This document shows, piece by piece, positions 12,801-23,934 of a DNA stretch of 64,000 nucleotides. The notes below the pieces were generated by a model. The model saw only the letters and a program-made list of their open reading frames with translations, was not told where the DNA came from and did not search any database. A program made the position numbers and the translations under genes. The stretch's first letter is position 1. Each line of letters starts with the position of its first letter. The stretch spans positions 19,293,657 to 19,357,656 of the forward strand of contig CM119266.1 in assembly GCA_051294375.1 (NCBI GenBank). Reading direction: 5' to 3'. The DNA is from Paraspadella gotoi. Its lineage: Eukaryota; Animalia; Chaetognatha.

Positions 12801-15800
12801 CTATTTTTCTAAAATATCCCATTTTATATTAAATTAGGAATTAAGTTTATTTTTAAATAAAAAAAAATTAATTATAGATCAGATTTGGTTATGGATTGGA
12901 TCAAGGACTAGGGCAAAGGATTAAGGTTAGGGATTAAGTAAATGATCAGCGTTAAGGATTAGGGTTAATTATTTGGTTAAGGATTGGTATATATGGGTTT
13001 AGTAACAGATTATGGTTAAATGTTAAAGTTAAAATTGAGTACAGGATCAGAGAAAAGTAATGGAGGCTTTTGGAAAATAGAGCCAACAACATTATAAAAA
13101 ATATAAATTTTGTTTAATTCGGAAAAAGGAAATAACGAAGCCCAAAATTTGAACCGTTTGACACGGGGTTTGTCAATTCAAAAATACACCATTAAACCCG
13201 CAACAAAAGTAAATATTATTTTTGAATAAAATATACACAAGTTATAAACAAGGTGAAGAATACATTCCGGTACAAAAAAAGGCTACTTTTAAAATATAAT
13301 TCATGGATACTCCATATATTGAATAAAAAAATAATTTATATCTAACGGAAAACAATGTAATCGTTAACTTGTATTTGTTAATGATATTAATTTAGTATTG
13401 ATAGATCATTTGAGTGGCTAATTTTAAAAAAACTCAATTTTATAAATATAATTTTATATATTTAAAGAATATAAAGTAGTTTTTTAAAACAGTAAAATAG
13501 TAGCCTCTTTTTTTTGCACTAGAGTATATTATTCATTCACACTAGTTTTGTCTAAAAACATATTTTTTCCAAATATAAGATGACAATGCAAATTTATTAC
13601 CATGATCAATACTTCTAATTAAAAATTACAATTTCTGTATGCTTGCTTTTCCACATGGAAAATATACTCATGTGGTCTTCGAGATACTTCGTCCGCCCCT
13701 CAGATACGTACAACCAACGTGGCTGTAAGCACGGAGATTCACACCGGTTCACGCCGGTTCTTGCCATGTTCAAGACTGTCCTCGAGTTTCGCCAAGCCAC
13801 ATTAAAGCAAGTCGAGATTAACTTCACCGCTTCACAGCATCATCGCTCCCGACTTCTATTTCTATGGACTATTTCTATGGACCGTGAGAAAGAAATCCGA
13901 AACGAGGCATTCCGATTTCAAAGACGTCGCCGTTAGAGTCACCGCTCCCAAAATTGAAGAAACTGATGCCGTTTTTGGGAGAAGTCGTCAACTTGGACGT
14001 TTTTTCTTCACCATTTTCGACTCAAAATGGCGACTGGCGAGGTATCATTAAACAGCTTCTTTTTTCATATGTTTCGTTCCTTTCACGTGATCAGAAAGCA
14101 ATGCGGCCCGTTTCGTTCAGTCTTAATTATCTTAGTTAATACTTCATAGATAAGTGATAAACAAGTTCCATACTTGCGTGGTCACGTGATCCTCTGGAAA
14201 TGCATGGCGAGAGGAAAGTTACTGCGGCGCAACAACAGTTTAATCTCTTGTATACGCCTCGTTTTCGCAGATTCCAACATTTAGTAAAGTGTTTTAGCAA
14301 GCTACTAACTTTTAGAACCTTTCAAATTGTAGGCATGTTTTGAATAAATTAAGAATAAGATTCATTCCAGCTATTTTGTTAATTCCAAAATTAAGCATAT
14401 GTTTGTTTAGGCTTGTAATAATGTTTAGTTTTGTTGATCATAAAAATTAATTTCGCTTAGGAACTTGCCAGGAAAAATATATTACAATAAAAAAATCTAA
14501 TGTGAAACAATTAAGTTCCGCTAAAAAGCTTAGACGTGGATTCGAAAAAAAGCTTCTTATATTTGGAAAGTTAAAATAAAAAGTGGAATTGACCCAAGCC
14601 AGTTACCTTTAAATGGATTTTCCAGTGCCGCTTAAGGGAGTCGCGATTGCTGACAGTCCGACCGCAGATTCTGCAGGCGTGCTTCAGCTTTGATTCCGGC
14701 GTCTTCGGGTCGTCGTTGGGACTGTGAATTGGCCCTGAAAACCAAAAGCCGGGAACTTTTTAACTCCCCGAACATAAAGCGACGGTCGAGGTGGATCTCG
14801 TTCTATAATATTTACCTCCCATAATCTCTGTGGTAAGCGGTTGCGATGGATCAAATTCGACCCTCGTGGGTTCCCCGGTGATCTCGTTAGTTCCCTCCAC
14901 GACGCTAAGAGTGGCGCCGTTCAGGCCGACGTTATCGGCGACTCCGCCCGACTTGAGCGCCAATTTCAATTCGTTCTTGATGCCGTCGTCGTCGTCGTCC
15001 GTTTCGTCGGTTTCATCCTCTTCGTCATCGGCCTCTTCGACGGCTTCTTGAAGGGGCTAAAAGTAAACCAAGTAATTTTGTCATTTTCATATCTATATAT
15101 CTATTTACGAATGGGTGAATATCTTACTTGGTTGGCGAGTAAAAGTTGATGAGAGTCGATCGCGGTTATCGCGGGCGTGGCAACCGTCACAGTCTCGCCA
15201 AGGTCCTGACCAGAAAGTCCGCTGACGAGCGCCTGACCATAATTAAAGTATGCAATTTTTTTTATTAAGATACCATAGCGTGTAAAATATCAGGGTCGAT
15301 TAAACAGTTCCATGCATGACTTATAAAGGACGAATAATGAACCGTAGGACGTAGGTTCAATAATTGGGTAACGAACTGGGGAATAAAAATGAAAATATAT
15401 AATTACGTCTAGTATTATACGTATTTGACCATTAGTCAAATTAATTTCGGCATCTCCATATAAAACCAACGAAACGAGCGTTTGGAGAGATGTTGGTGAA
15501 TCCGACCCGGATCAGAAGCTAAACAAATGCCGAGGCTTCATATTATCTTAATCTTTTATTATCCCTTAAATCTGATGCCGTATGCGGCGTATGCCGAAGC
15601 CGAAGCCAATTAAATTCGAGAGTACATTTTTACTCGTTTATCATTCTCTTTTTCTTGTAATCTTCCCTCTTTATGGACTAAAATAGTTTAGCTTAAAATA
15701 TAACCCTTTTTCTACCGCAGGAGAATTAGTAATAATTGTTCACGAAGACTAACGTAAAAATAACTTGACAGATTAGAATCGAAGTATTTCCATTAAGATT

Positions 15801-18800
15801 AAAGATTTTTTATTAGCCATACGACCTTACTACCGATAACCTAGTGTACGTTATGTATTTTATGATTCATTTTCTGCTGGTAACAATATTTTCAATTTTC
15901 TCATAATTATAAGCAAAAAAGTTTTAAAAAATCATAATAATAATAACAAAACATTTAAAAAAATTTTAATTAAGAAAAAATATATTCTACCCAAAAATAT
16001 ACGAGTTTCTCTATCACCTACAGTACTTTAAGTCAAATTTTTGAGATCCACTGTACATTCAATGGTTAAAAAATTCAAGGTGCTTGTACATAAAATATTA
16101 CAAATTTTTTCTCGAATAATATACTACGCCAAAATGTAACGCAGTCGTAAATAGGAGAACATTGACGTTAAACATGAAGGTTGGGACGAAAACACACGAA
16201 ACGACAGAGGAAGAACGAGAAAAGAAAACTGAAAAAAAAAAGAGAAGAGTCCAAGTGCGAAAGAGTAAAACTGACTTGTTGTGTGGCAGACGTCAAAGGT
16301 TGAGGAATTGCCCGAAGTTGGAAGGCGGGAAAGGTAATGGCGGCGCCGGTAGAGGCGCCAACCAAAGCATTCTGACATTGAAAACCATAAACAAGAAAAA
16401 ATAAAGAGGAAAAGTGGAAAGAAAAAGAGAAAAGTGATACAAAAAGTATAAATCTTTTGTGAGAGGCCGAAGATAGCATCGCCAAATCTTTCCAAATCAA
16501 AATGTTTTCCAAAAGGTGCGATAGAAAAAGGTGGGTTATTTCACTTTTAAGTTTAAGTAGGAATTCCGATAAACTGAGAAAAGAAGATGAAAACAACTAA
16601 ATCAAAAATAAAAAAGGAATTAAAAAAATAAAAAGCGAGAGGCTTCGGTTACAACATCGAAAAAACTAATAAAGACTTTAACCTTGACGTCCTGAGGAGC
16701 AAAAACAATGTTGGTGCCAGTCTGATCTGTGATAGACTTGATGAGAGGATTTCCCCCCGTGGCGGAAGCAGTGATTAAAGTTACTCCCTGAAAGCGCGAA
16801 CCAAAGAGCAGAAAGAAATGAGAAGGCGAGAGAGGTTAGTGCCAAAAAGCTCGTTAGTCTAAAGCGCGCCCATCAAAGCGAGTAGCTTACGAACCTGTTG
16901 CTGCAGAAGCTGTTGCTGCAATTGCTGCTGGGCAAACAAGATCTGTTGAGGCTGCTGTTGTTGTGGGGTAGATCCCTCGGCGGCAGCCATATTGAATTGA
17001 ATTGAACTGGTATTGGCAGAGGCGTCCGGAGGCGGAGGGGAGGTAAGAGACTCAGCGCCGGAGCTGGAGACTGAGCCAGTGGCTCCGGCACCGGTGTCGC
17101 CATCCGCGGCTTCGCGATTCTCGGATGATGTTCGATGTTTGTCGTGCACCTGCTAAAAGAAGGAGATGAGAGGTGAAGAATGCAAAAAAGAAAGCGGCTC
17201 GCAGTCGCAAGGGGAAAAAATCAGTATTTAAGTTGTTTAAGCAAGAACATTATGACGAAAACAAAACTTGAAATAAGAGCGATTCTCAAAAAAGTACATA
17301 ACTATACATTTTCGTTTTCATCGTTAACGTTCTTTTCGTTTTAGATTAATTTTCTCAAAGATGAAAAGTCACGGTGATGTATTTTAACTTATCGAATAAT
17401 TTATAGTAGAATACAAATTAGTGAATTGATTTCAGACAAGTTGAAAAGAGAACTACCATGCATATTGCATAAACGCCAAGCCAACAAATACCGATTTTCC
17501 CATTCTCATCTTTTTGTGTGGATTTTCTATTATAATGATGATCCTGGTATCTACTTATCTTAACAAATTATCAAATAATCATGGAACGTGAATACATAAT
17601 TGGATATCAAAGACAAATTCGAAAAATTTCATCATACACGGATAAAATTTTTTTTAAAGTCTTGACTATAATAACTTTAGTAAGATGCCAGAGTGCTTTT
17701 GATAATTGCTTTATACTAAAATATATTTTAATAAACAATACGTATTCACGTGTTCTACTATAACTTATCAAATATCGCGTCAAAGGATTGAAAAATTTGA
17801 TCAGTTGAACATCTGGCCGTTGTTTATTTGTTCAAATATTAATACTTTTTTTAGACAAAGCGGTTGCTTACAAGGAGATGGCGTTTGAGAGACAGTTTTC
17901 CGCCCATGAGCCTCTTGCCGCACTCGGGGCAGTCGAGCGGCTCAGCAACGGGTGGTTTGGGCGGGGCTTCACCCGGCGGAAACGCGACGTCTCGATGGTA
18001 AATCTTTTTATGGCGATAGAGAGAAAAGGAGTTGGAAAGCTCCTTATTGCAGTACGGGCACTTGACCTGGGTTAGACGACCGAAGAGGACGAGTGGCAGA
18101 AAAGGCAAAAAAGGGAAAAACAAGGGAGTGGGAAAGTAGGGTCGGTAAGAAAGACAAAGGAAAGGCGACAAAAAAAGCATTAGAGAGAAGAAACGCGAAG
18201 CCGCCAGGCAAGCGCGGATAAAAGGGAGAATTGAGAAAACGTGCGATCCAGAACATACATGGGATTGTCTGAGCGGAAATCTAGTAGAGCAACTAGGCAA
18301 ACCTTTAGGCGGTGCGCAGGCAGAAGCAACGCTAAGTCTAATGACATGCAGCATGCAAACTTGGGCTGTATTCAAAATAATTTACATTTACTATAGATAA
18401 CTAAAGTCATAAAATACGCTTAGGCCAGGACGGCTGCTCTTGGTTTGTGTTATGGTGCAATTATATTGGCCCGCGCCAAAAAAAAAAAAATTGTTCTCGT
18501 TTGTATGTAGATAAATGCGATATTGACAACAGAAGAGTTTTTATCAAATATAGTTAAAAGTGGGTGACTTTGCGAGCTATATATGTATACATATATATAG
18601 TACATCTGTTTAAATTTGCAAGGCACTTTGAATTACGAGGGTTGAGTGAAAATAAAAGGCATTACCTTCTTGTCAGGCGAGCCTGACGAGGACCCGGTGC
18701 GCTTCTTCTCTTTCTGGGGCTGCGAGGGTTGGGAATACTCGGTTCGAAACTCGACCACATTTTTCACCTCCTCCCCTTCCGCCGAATCCATCGAAACCTG

Positions 18801-21433
18801 AACGAGGAATACCATGACAAAAATATCAAAACTGTAATGAACTCTATTCCTGTGTAACTAAATTAGTCATTATTTGTATTTAGGACCAGCTGCAAACTCT
18901 CACTTCGTTAGATTACTGATTATTACTGATTCTAGATATACACAGCAATAAATTAAAAAAAACAACAACAAAACAATCACAACAAAGTCTTACTTGAGAT
19001 TCTGTTAAAATAGGTTGCGCTGTCGTCGTTGCGGAAGAAGGGGCATCCATAGAGGTATTTTGTTGCTGTACATTAGATGATAAAATCGGTTGGGCTGGTT
19101 GGAGCTGCATTTTAGATTGCTGTTGCTGCTGCTGCTGCTGTTGTACTTGCAGAATAGGTTGTTGCAATATAACCGTGGCGTTCTGGAGACAGAATAAAAT
19201 AACCAATTACATCGACGTACTTGTCCAAATATCCTCCCACTTGAATGATAAAAAACTTACCTGCTGTAAGAACTGCTGTGCGACTTGCATAGTTGCTACA
19301 CTCGCACCCTGCGAATTTCCCAACAATGCAACTCCGGAACAAGGCGTGTTCGCACCAGATTTACCTTTCAAAGAAAAATTATTGATTGCACGAGAGGTAA
19401 ATTAGTAAATAAATATGTTACAAACTACTAACTAGTCACCTTCTGCCCCTGGGGCAATCATAGATTGATTGACGGGTTGCTGCACCGTGACGACTCTGGG
19501 GCCGGAGCCAAGCACGGTGGCCACGGCGTTGGCACCGGGTGTGGCCACAGAGGTTGGAGCGCCGACCATCACGTGAGTGGGACCGCACGAGCTAACCGCG
19601 ATAAATTGCGGTTGGCCTTGAGCATTGTGGATGATCGTCCCCACTTGCTGCACCGTGTTTCCAGCGGCGTCCACAGTAGACATAACCACGTGCTGCGGCT
19701 GTTGGATTTGCTGTTGAGGCAGTTGCTGCGCTGGCTGGGATTGCTGCGGTAAAGCCTCCGGCTGAGTTTGGCCGATGGCAACGGCTCCGGAATCTGAAAC
19801 AAAAGCAAACGTGTACGATATGTTAGAGTGAATGTCGCTCGCGGTTATTAATTTTCGAAAAAACTGATAAACAATTCATCAAAAATGGGAATGAACACAC
19901 TCGATGGCTGCTGCTGAGGGACCACTACAATCTTGGGTTTGTTGCTTGGGCCTCCGCCTCCCGGCTTCCATCCAGGTTGATCTTTTTTCGATTGTTTTGG
20001 GAGTTTATGAACTTTAAAGATGTGGCGTTGGAGGCAGAAGAACGAGGAAAGGCGCTTCTTGCACACGTGGCACTCGTGAATCTCGCCTAATTGGAGACGG
20101 GGGTGAAAACGCGGAATGTGTTTTATTTGAAACCATAGCGCGTCATTAGATTCCGCAGATTGAATTGGAAGGCATACCCAACGGATTATGTTTTGAGACT
20201 GGAGCTCCCCCGGGGCCGATGGTGCCTTCTTCGTACTCAATAATATTCTCTCCATCTGGTCCAATGGATGGTATTCCGACGGCCATGACGGGGTTGGCCA
20301 CGGCGACGCTAGACTGTACAAGAATGGGCGGCGCTGTGACGGCAGATGGCGTCGCCGAAGACAACGCCACCTCCTCCTCCTCCTCCATATCCTCCTCTAT
20401 GTCGTCGTCATCATCTAAGATACTTGGGTCTTCCATCTGCGACGTATAATTGCCTGGAATTCATAATTATATCATATAATGTAATATGACACGCAATTTG
20501 GACTTGAACGGTACAATGAAACTTGACCTAAAGCAGGTTCAACCAACTCACTTAATTCCGCCGCGCTGACAAGTACGGTTTGCCCTCCGGGTCCGCTGTT
20601 GACAGCGATTACTCCAGACGGATACCCGAGTGCCGCCTGTGTGGCAGAAGTGCCAATAATTGAAGGGCCCATCGACGAAGTTTCAGGAACTAATGCGACG
20701 GTGTTGGGGGAATTGAGGCAACCGATCTCGGAATCGATCTCGGGAAGAGCCAAACTCCCGTTGGCGTCAATGCCGCCGGATATTGGGGGCGCCTGGCGCG
20801 CCGTACCAACTATCATCGTGCCTTTGGTTTTGTGAACCTAAATAAATAATAACGGATTGACGATTAGTCACTAGGTAACGTACGAATACAACTTAATCCA
20901 AAACTTTACCTTCATTTTGTGACTGGTAAGTGCGAGTATGGATGGAAACTTTTTTGAACATTGAGCACATTTAAAGGTTCTGAATTGTTTGACGGCGCCA
21001 GGTGATATGGCACCAAGCGACGATGGCGTGGTGGTCGCGATCGAGGTGGAAACCACTTCACTAACGCCCGCCGCCGGAGATGAGGGTTGTATAGAGGATT
21101 GAACCTCTTGACTTCCCTCCAGTTTAGAAATCTTTAAAAAAATCAATTCCATTAATTCCAAACAAGTTTGAATAAAGCTAAAAATTGATATTAAACGAGT
21201 TTTTAATGAAATCGCACCTTACAAGGAATGACGTCAGAAGCGCTATTAGAAAATGAAGAGGGGGGAGAGTTGAACTTTAATTCGGTCGTGGAATCAAACT
21301 TTACAATAGTGGCTCCGACAGGGGCGACGGTGGCAGTCGTTGCTTCAACGATTGATGATTTTGACGAGTCCAGTTGGACGTGACTAGATGTTATGGGTTT
21401 GATTTCATTATCAGACTCGAATTGGTTGCCCAT
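822..21433 (-). CDS. Giant multi-exon C2H2 zinc-finger protein (~2,800 aa; 30-32 coding exons; dispersed fingers in Q/A/S/T-rich low-complexity linkers)
   Basis: Phase-consistent GT-AG exon chain: 21433-21218, 21131-20910, 20837-20528, 20453-20178, 20086-19901, 19793-19440, 19364-19261, 19182-18994, 18797-18666, 18066-17872, 17149-16895, 16787-16683, (16371-16276), 15232-15128, 15056-14816, 14734-14607, (12682-12602), 8744-8406, 8197-7658, 7591-7324, 7239-6260, 5834-5672, 5604-5395, 5324-5181, 5099-4774, 4449-4030, 3945-3655, 3400-2627, 2273-1965, 1569-1388, 1321-1169, 1068-822. The 30 core exons sum to 8364 nt (in frame). Fingers include CHVC..HIFKVH, CPYC..HKKIYH, CRIC..HWKIH, CPLC..HIKLH, CDQC..HVKAVH, CSEC..HMHTVH, CPRC..HIVKC and CGVC..HSTTH. 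The join across 8745-14606 is inferred from matching phase 0 and could instead be two genes. Confidence 0.8.
5860..6062 (+). mobile_element. Variant of the same family (shared ~100-bp 3' end and TGTAGTCG start, different middle)
   Basis: CAAGCCTGGTTCCCAGCCCAGGACCCGTTCCA..CAGCCCACTTAGCGCCTTATCCACA matches 36697-36795. No TSD is visible. Confidence 0.65.
6694..6753 (-). repeat. Coding 27-nt tandem duplication (DRASPREIH x2)
   Basis: GGTCGTGGATCTCGCGGGG(G/C)GAGGCGC twice, one mismatch. Confidence 0.9.
10999..11700. mobile_element. MITE with long terminal inverted repeats and TA flanks (Tc1/mariner-type ends)
   Basis: TA|CAGAAGGCTTCATATTATGAAATGTGGTACCCCTTTTTTGTGACCAG ... CTGGTCACAAAAAAGGGGTACCACATTTTATAACATGAAGCCTTCTG|TA. 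Inverted similarity continues, degenerate, for ~200 bp. No ORF. Confidence 0.85.
12602..12682 (-). CDS. Cassette exon encoding one extra C2H2 finger (ETHECTYCGRTVTTKDSLKRHIRTHFK)
   Basis: 81 nt, phase 0-0, bounded by TAG| and |GTCAGT. Clear paralog of the finger in exon 14734-14607 (HACRICGRTVSNRDSLKRHWKIHLK). Too short to appear in the ORF track. Confidence 0.8.
12795..13086. mobile_element. MITE family A copy (TTGGCYCT..AGAGCCAA TIR; GGTTAG-like interior)
   Basis: TTGGCCCTATTTTTCTAAAA ... TTTTGGAAAATAGAGCCAA inverted ends; interior of degenerate GGTTAG/GGATTA hexamers. Confidence 0.7.
13253..13540. mobile_element. Degenerate MITE-like inverted-repeat element
   Basis: GAATACATTCCGGTACAAAAAAAGGCTACTTTTA ... 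TAAAATAGTAGCCTCTTTTTTTTGCACTAGAGTATATT are imperfect inverted ends around an AT-rich core. Confidence 0.55.
13655..14041 (+). pseudogene. Possible decayed, frameshifted C2H2 zinc-finger gene fragment, antisense within the large intron
   Basis: GC-richer island. Switching frames gives YNQRG..KH.EIHTGSRRF-CHVQDCPR-FRQATLKQ, resembling a TGEKPY-type linker plus a Cx4C finger. A short tandem duplication lies at ~13857-13881. Confidence 0.4.
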
Positions 21434-21699
21434 CTGAAAAAGAAGTAATCGGAAACAATAAAACTTTTCTATCTTCGTAGTTATAATGCTGAAAATCCTT
21501 CTTATTACAATATTAATAAACAATATTTTAAGGGTCGTTTTCAAAAAAGAATCACAAAAATGAGGATAATAAAATGAAGGGGATACTTTAACCTGGAACA
21601 CATACAATAGTAAATATTAGAAATATTATTTCCAATTTTAAAATTATAAATGTTAACATTATCCTTCTTTTCTAAAATTTTATCTTTAAATCGAAACAT

Positions 21700-22257
21700 T
21701 TTTCTGTAACTTAGAAGGAATTCGCTAACATCGAGTGATTATCATCAGCATCATCATTTTCTCATCTGGGGAAGAAAAGGGCCGGTAGAAGGCTCAGAAG
21801 GCTCAGACTCAGTGTTTAACTCTCGGCTTTAGTTGAAGAGCCGAGCCTCTCTGCTCCGATCTCCTCGAGCTCTTGCCTTTCACATTCACCACAAACGCTA
21901 AGCTTCGAACATTTCTTAAACCACTCGATATAATAAAAATTCGCGCGTTTATAATTATATTTTTTATTTAATTTAAAATTTACACGTATTGCACTATTAA
22001 TCAAAACATTTTATTTGCTCCATACTCATAGATGAATAACTCTTTAATAGTTTTCATTCATTTCGAAATTCCTGCCCGAACGTTCAACTTGAATCCTTTT
22101 CCACTAAAAAACTAGGCGACGCAAACATTTACTAAACTAAACATTTACTTTTTATATCAGGAGTCATTCGTAGAGGCCAAAGAGAGCGAAAAAGAGACCC
22201 ACCCTATGAGACGATATATTCTTCTTTTACAAAGCGAATTAAACCAGAGAGCTGATC
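21700..22257. promoter_or_regulatory. Probable bidirectional promoter/5' UTR region (giant zinc-finger gene / SPARC)
   Basis: Head-to-head start codons 825 bp apart. The zinc-finger ATG directly follows an acceptor, which requires a non-coding exon at roughly 21.7-21.9 kb. Confidence 0.5.
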
Positions 22258-23699
22258 ATGAAGTTCTCAACGCTCGCACTGGGTATCGTCATCGCTCTTT
22301 GCGTCTCCCACGGCCAAACGAAAAAGCACAATCGTCACAGGCAGACACTTCACCATACGCGTCATCACGCTTCTCAAGTAAGTCAAATAAAATAAGAAAT
22401 GGGGAAGCGTAAGCGTTCAGTAATTATCTTATTACTTAATTATCTCTGTCCTCTCCGTAAGATTTTTGTCTGAGAGCTAACATTCCTCGGGGATTAAAAT
22501 TATGTTTTCTTTCCGATTAAACCCAGACCGGGCAATTAGAGAGTGAAATTCGAAGCGAAAGAGAAGACGAAGCGGAAAAAAATCAAAATACTGAGGAGAC
22601 CGGCGACGCTCCGGACCCCTGCGGACATTTTGAATGCCAAGACGGTAGGAAAACCTGCGTAAATTTAATGTAAACGTTACAAAATTTACGTCTAACATTT
22701 TGCAGGCGAACACTGTAGTTTGACAAGTGAGGGACAGGCCCAATGCGTATGCATTGACAATTGTGCCAAGTACAACGATCCTCGGAGCGCAGTGTGCTCT
22801 TCCAGAAATGTCACTTACGATTCTGAGTGTGAATTTTACCGACAAGTAAGAATTAGACCTTAAAGTTTCACTGAATCTCAAGAATTTATAAACCGGAAAA
22901 TATTTAATCGTCAGATGTGTTTGTGCACCAAAAAAGAGGCGGGCTGTCAAGACTACAAAATTCTCGAGGATAATGACCATCTGGATTACTATGGTACCTG
23001 CCAAAATATCCAAGCATGTACCAGCGAGGAACTCTCCGTTTTTCCCAAGTAAATTCGCAAGTACGTAAATGTCAAAGATCTCAATGTATACCACTAATGA
23101 TCTTAATTTAGCCGGATGGCCAAATGGCTGACTAATGTTATGGAAACGTTAGATCGTAGACAAGAACTGGACATCAAATTTTCGGACATGCACAGGTATT
23201 GTTTAACTATTTATATCTTTAGATGACTTCAAAGGTACCAAAATGAAAATCTCATTATGCAGACGATCTCGCCGTACGAAAAACCCGGAAATTGTTCCCG
23301 TCCTGTGGGAATTTTGTCAAATGGACACATCAAAAGATAGGATAGTGACTCGCTCGGAATTATTTCCATTAATGGCTCCACTAAAATCTCTCGAGCATTG
23401 CATCGGAAACTTTCTAGACGGGTAAATTTTTTTGAATGAAAGCTTATTTTGCGAGCCTGTACAAAATCAGTAGCCAAAATAATTTGGTGGTAATATTTAT
23501 AATTTGATGAAGTGAATGTGAAGTGGTGCCACCAATAGTCACAAAACTAATATATTTATATTTATAATACAGCTGCGACGCCAACAGCAATGGGGAAATT
23601 ACTCTGGCGGAGTGGGGACGCTGCCTGAACATTCCCGCAGACAAAATTGAAGATATCTGTGAAGGAGTTGATGTTCATCACGTTCGACTTCAGGGTTAA
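22258..23699 (+). CDS. SPARC: SPARC/osteonectin (signal peptide, follistatin-like domain, EC/EF-hand domain); 7 coding exons
   Basis: Signal peptide MKFSTLALGIVIALCVSHG; DPCGHFECQDGEHC..CVCIDNC..VCSSRNVTYDSEC; HLDYYGTC..CTSEELSVFPNRMAKWL; WEFCQMDTSKDRIVTRSEL; LEHCIGNFLDGCDANSNGEITLAEWGRCL; C-terminal EDIC as in invertebrate SPARCs. Splice phases are consistent. Confidence 0.95.
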
Positions 23700-23934
23700 A
23701 ATCCCATCGTCTTTACCCATAAATTGATTCGTTTACTGAGTGGGACCTGGAAAGTCCGTCCAAGTGAAAATCTCTCGGTCATTCAATATGAAACGCAACA
23801 AAATTGTCTCTATTTTCTGAAAAATTTTCTTATTCTTTCAAGTATCTTAGTTACTTTGCTTCACTATAGTTAAATGAGAAAAAAAATTAAGAAGAAAGAA
23901 AGGAACAGTCGTAGTGATATTAATTATTATATCA

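Noticed and set aside
13655-13725. Possible third, decayed copy of the CxxCGRT finger exon on -
   Set aside because: Needs several indels for weak similarity; the + strand relic explains the region better.
14027-14300. Spliced MATGE|IPTF resembling the Ran GTPase N-terminus
   Set aside because: It continues SKVF* with no KLVLVGDGGTGK P-loop; coincidence.
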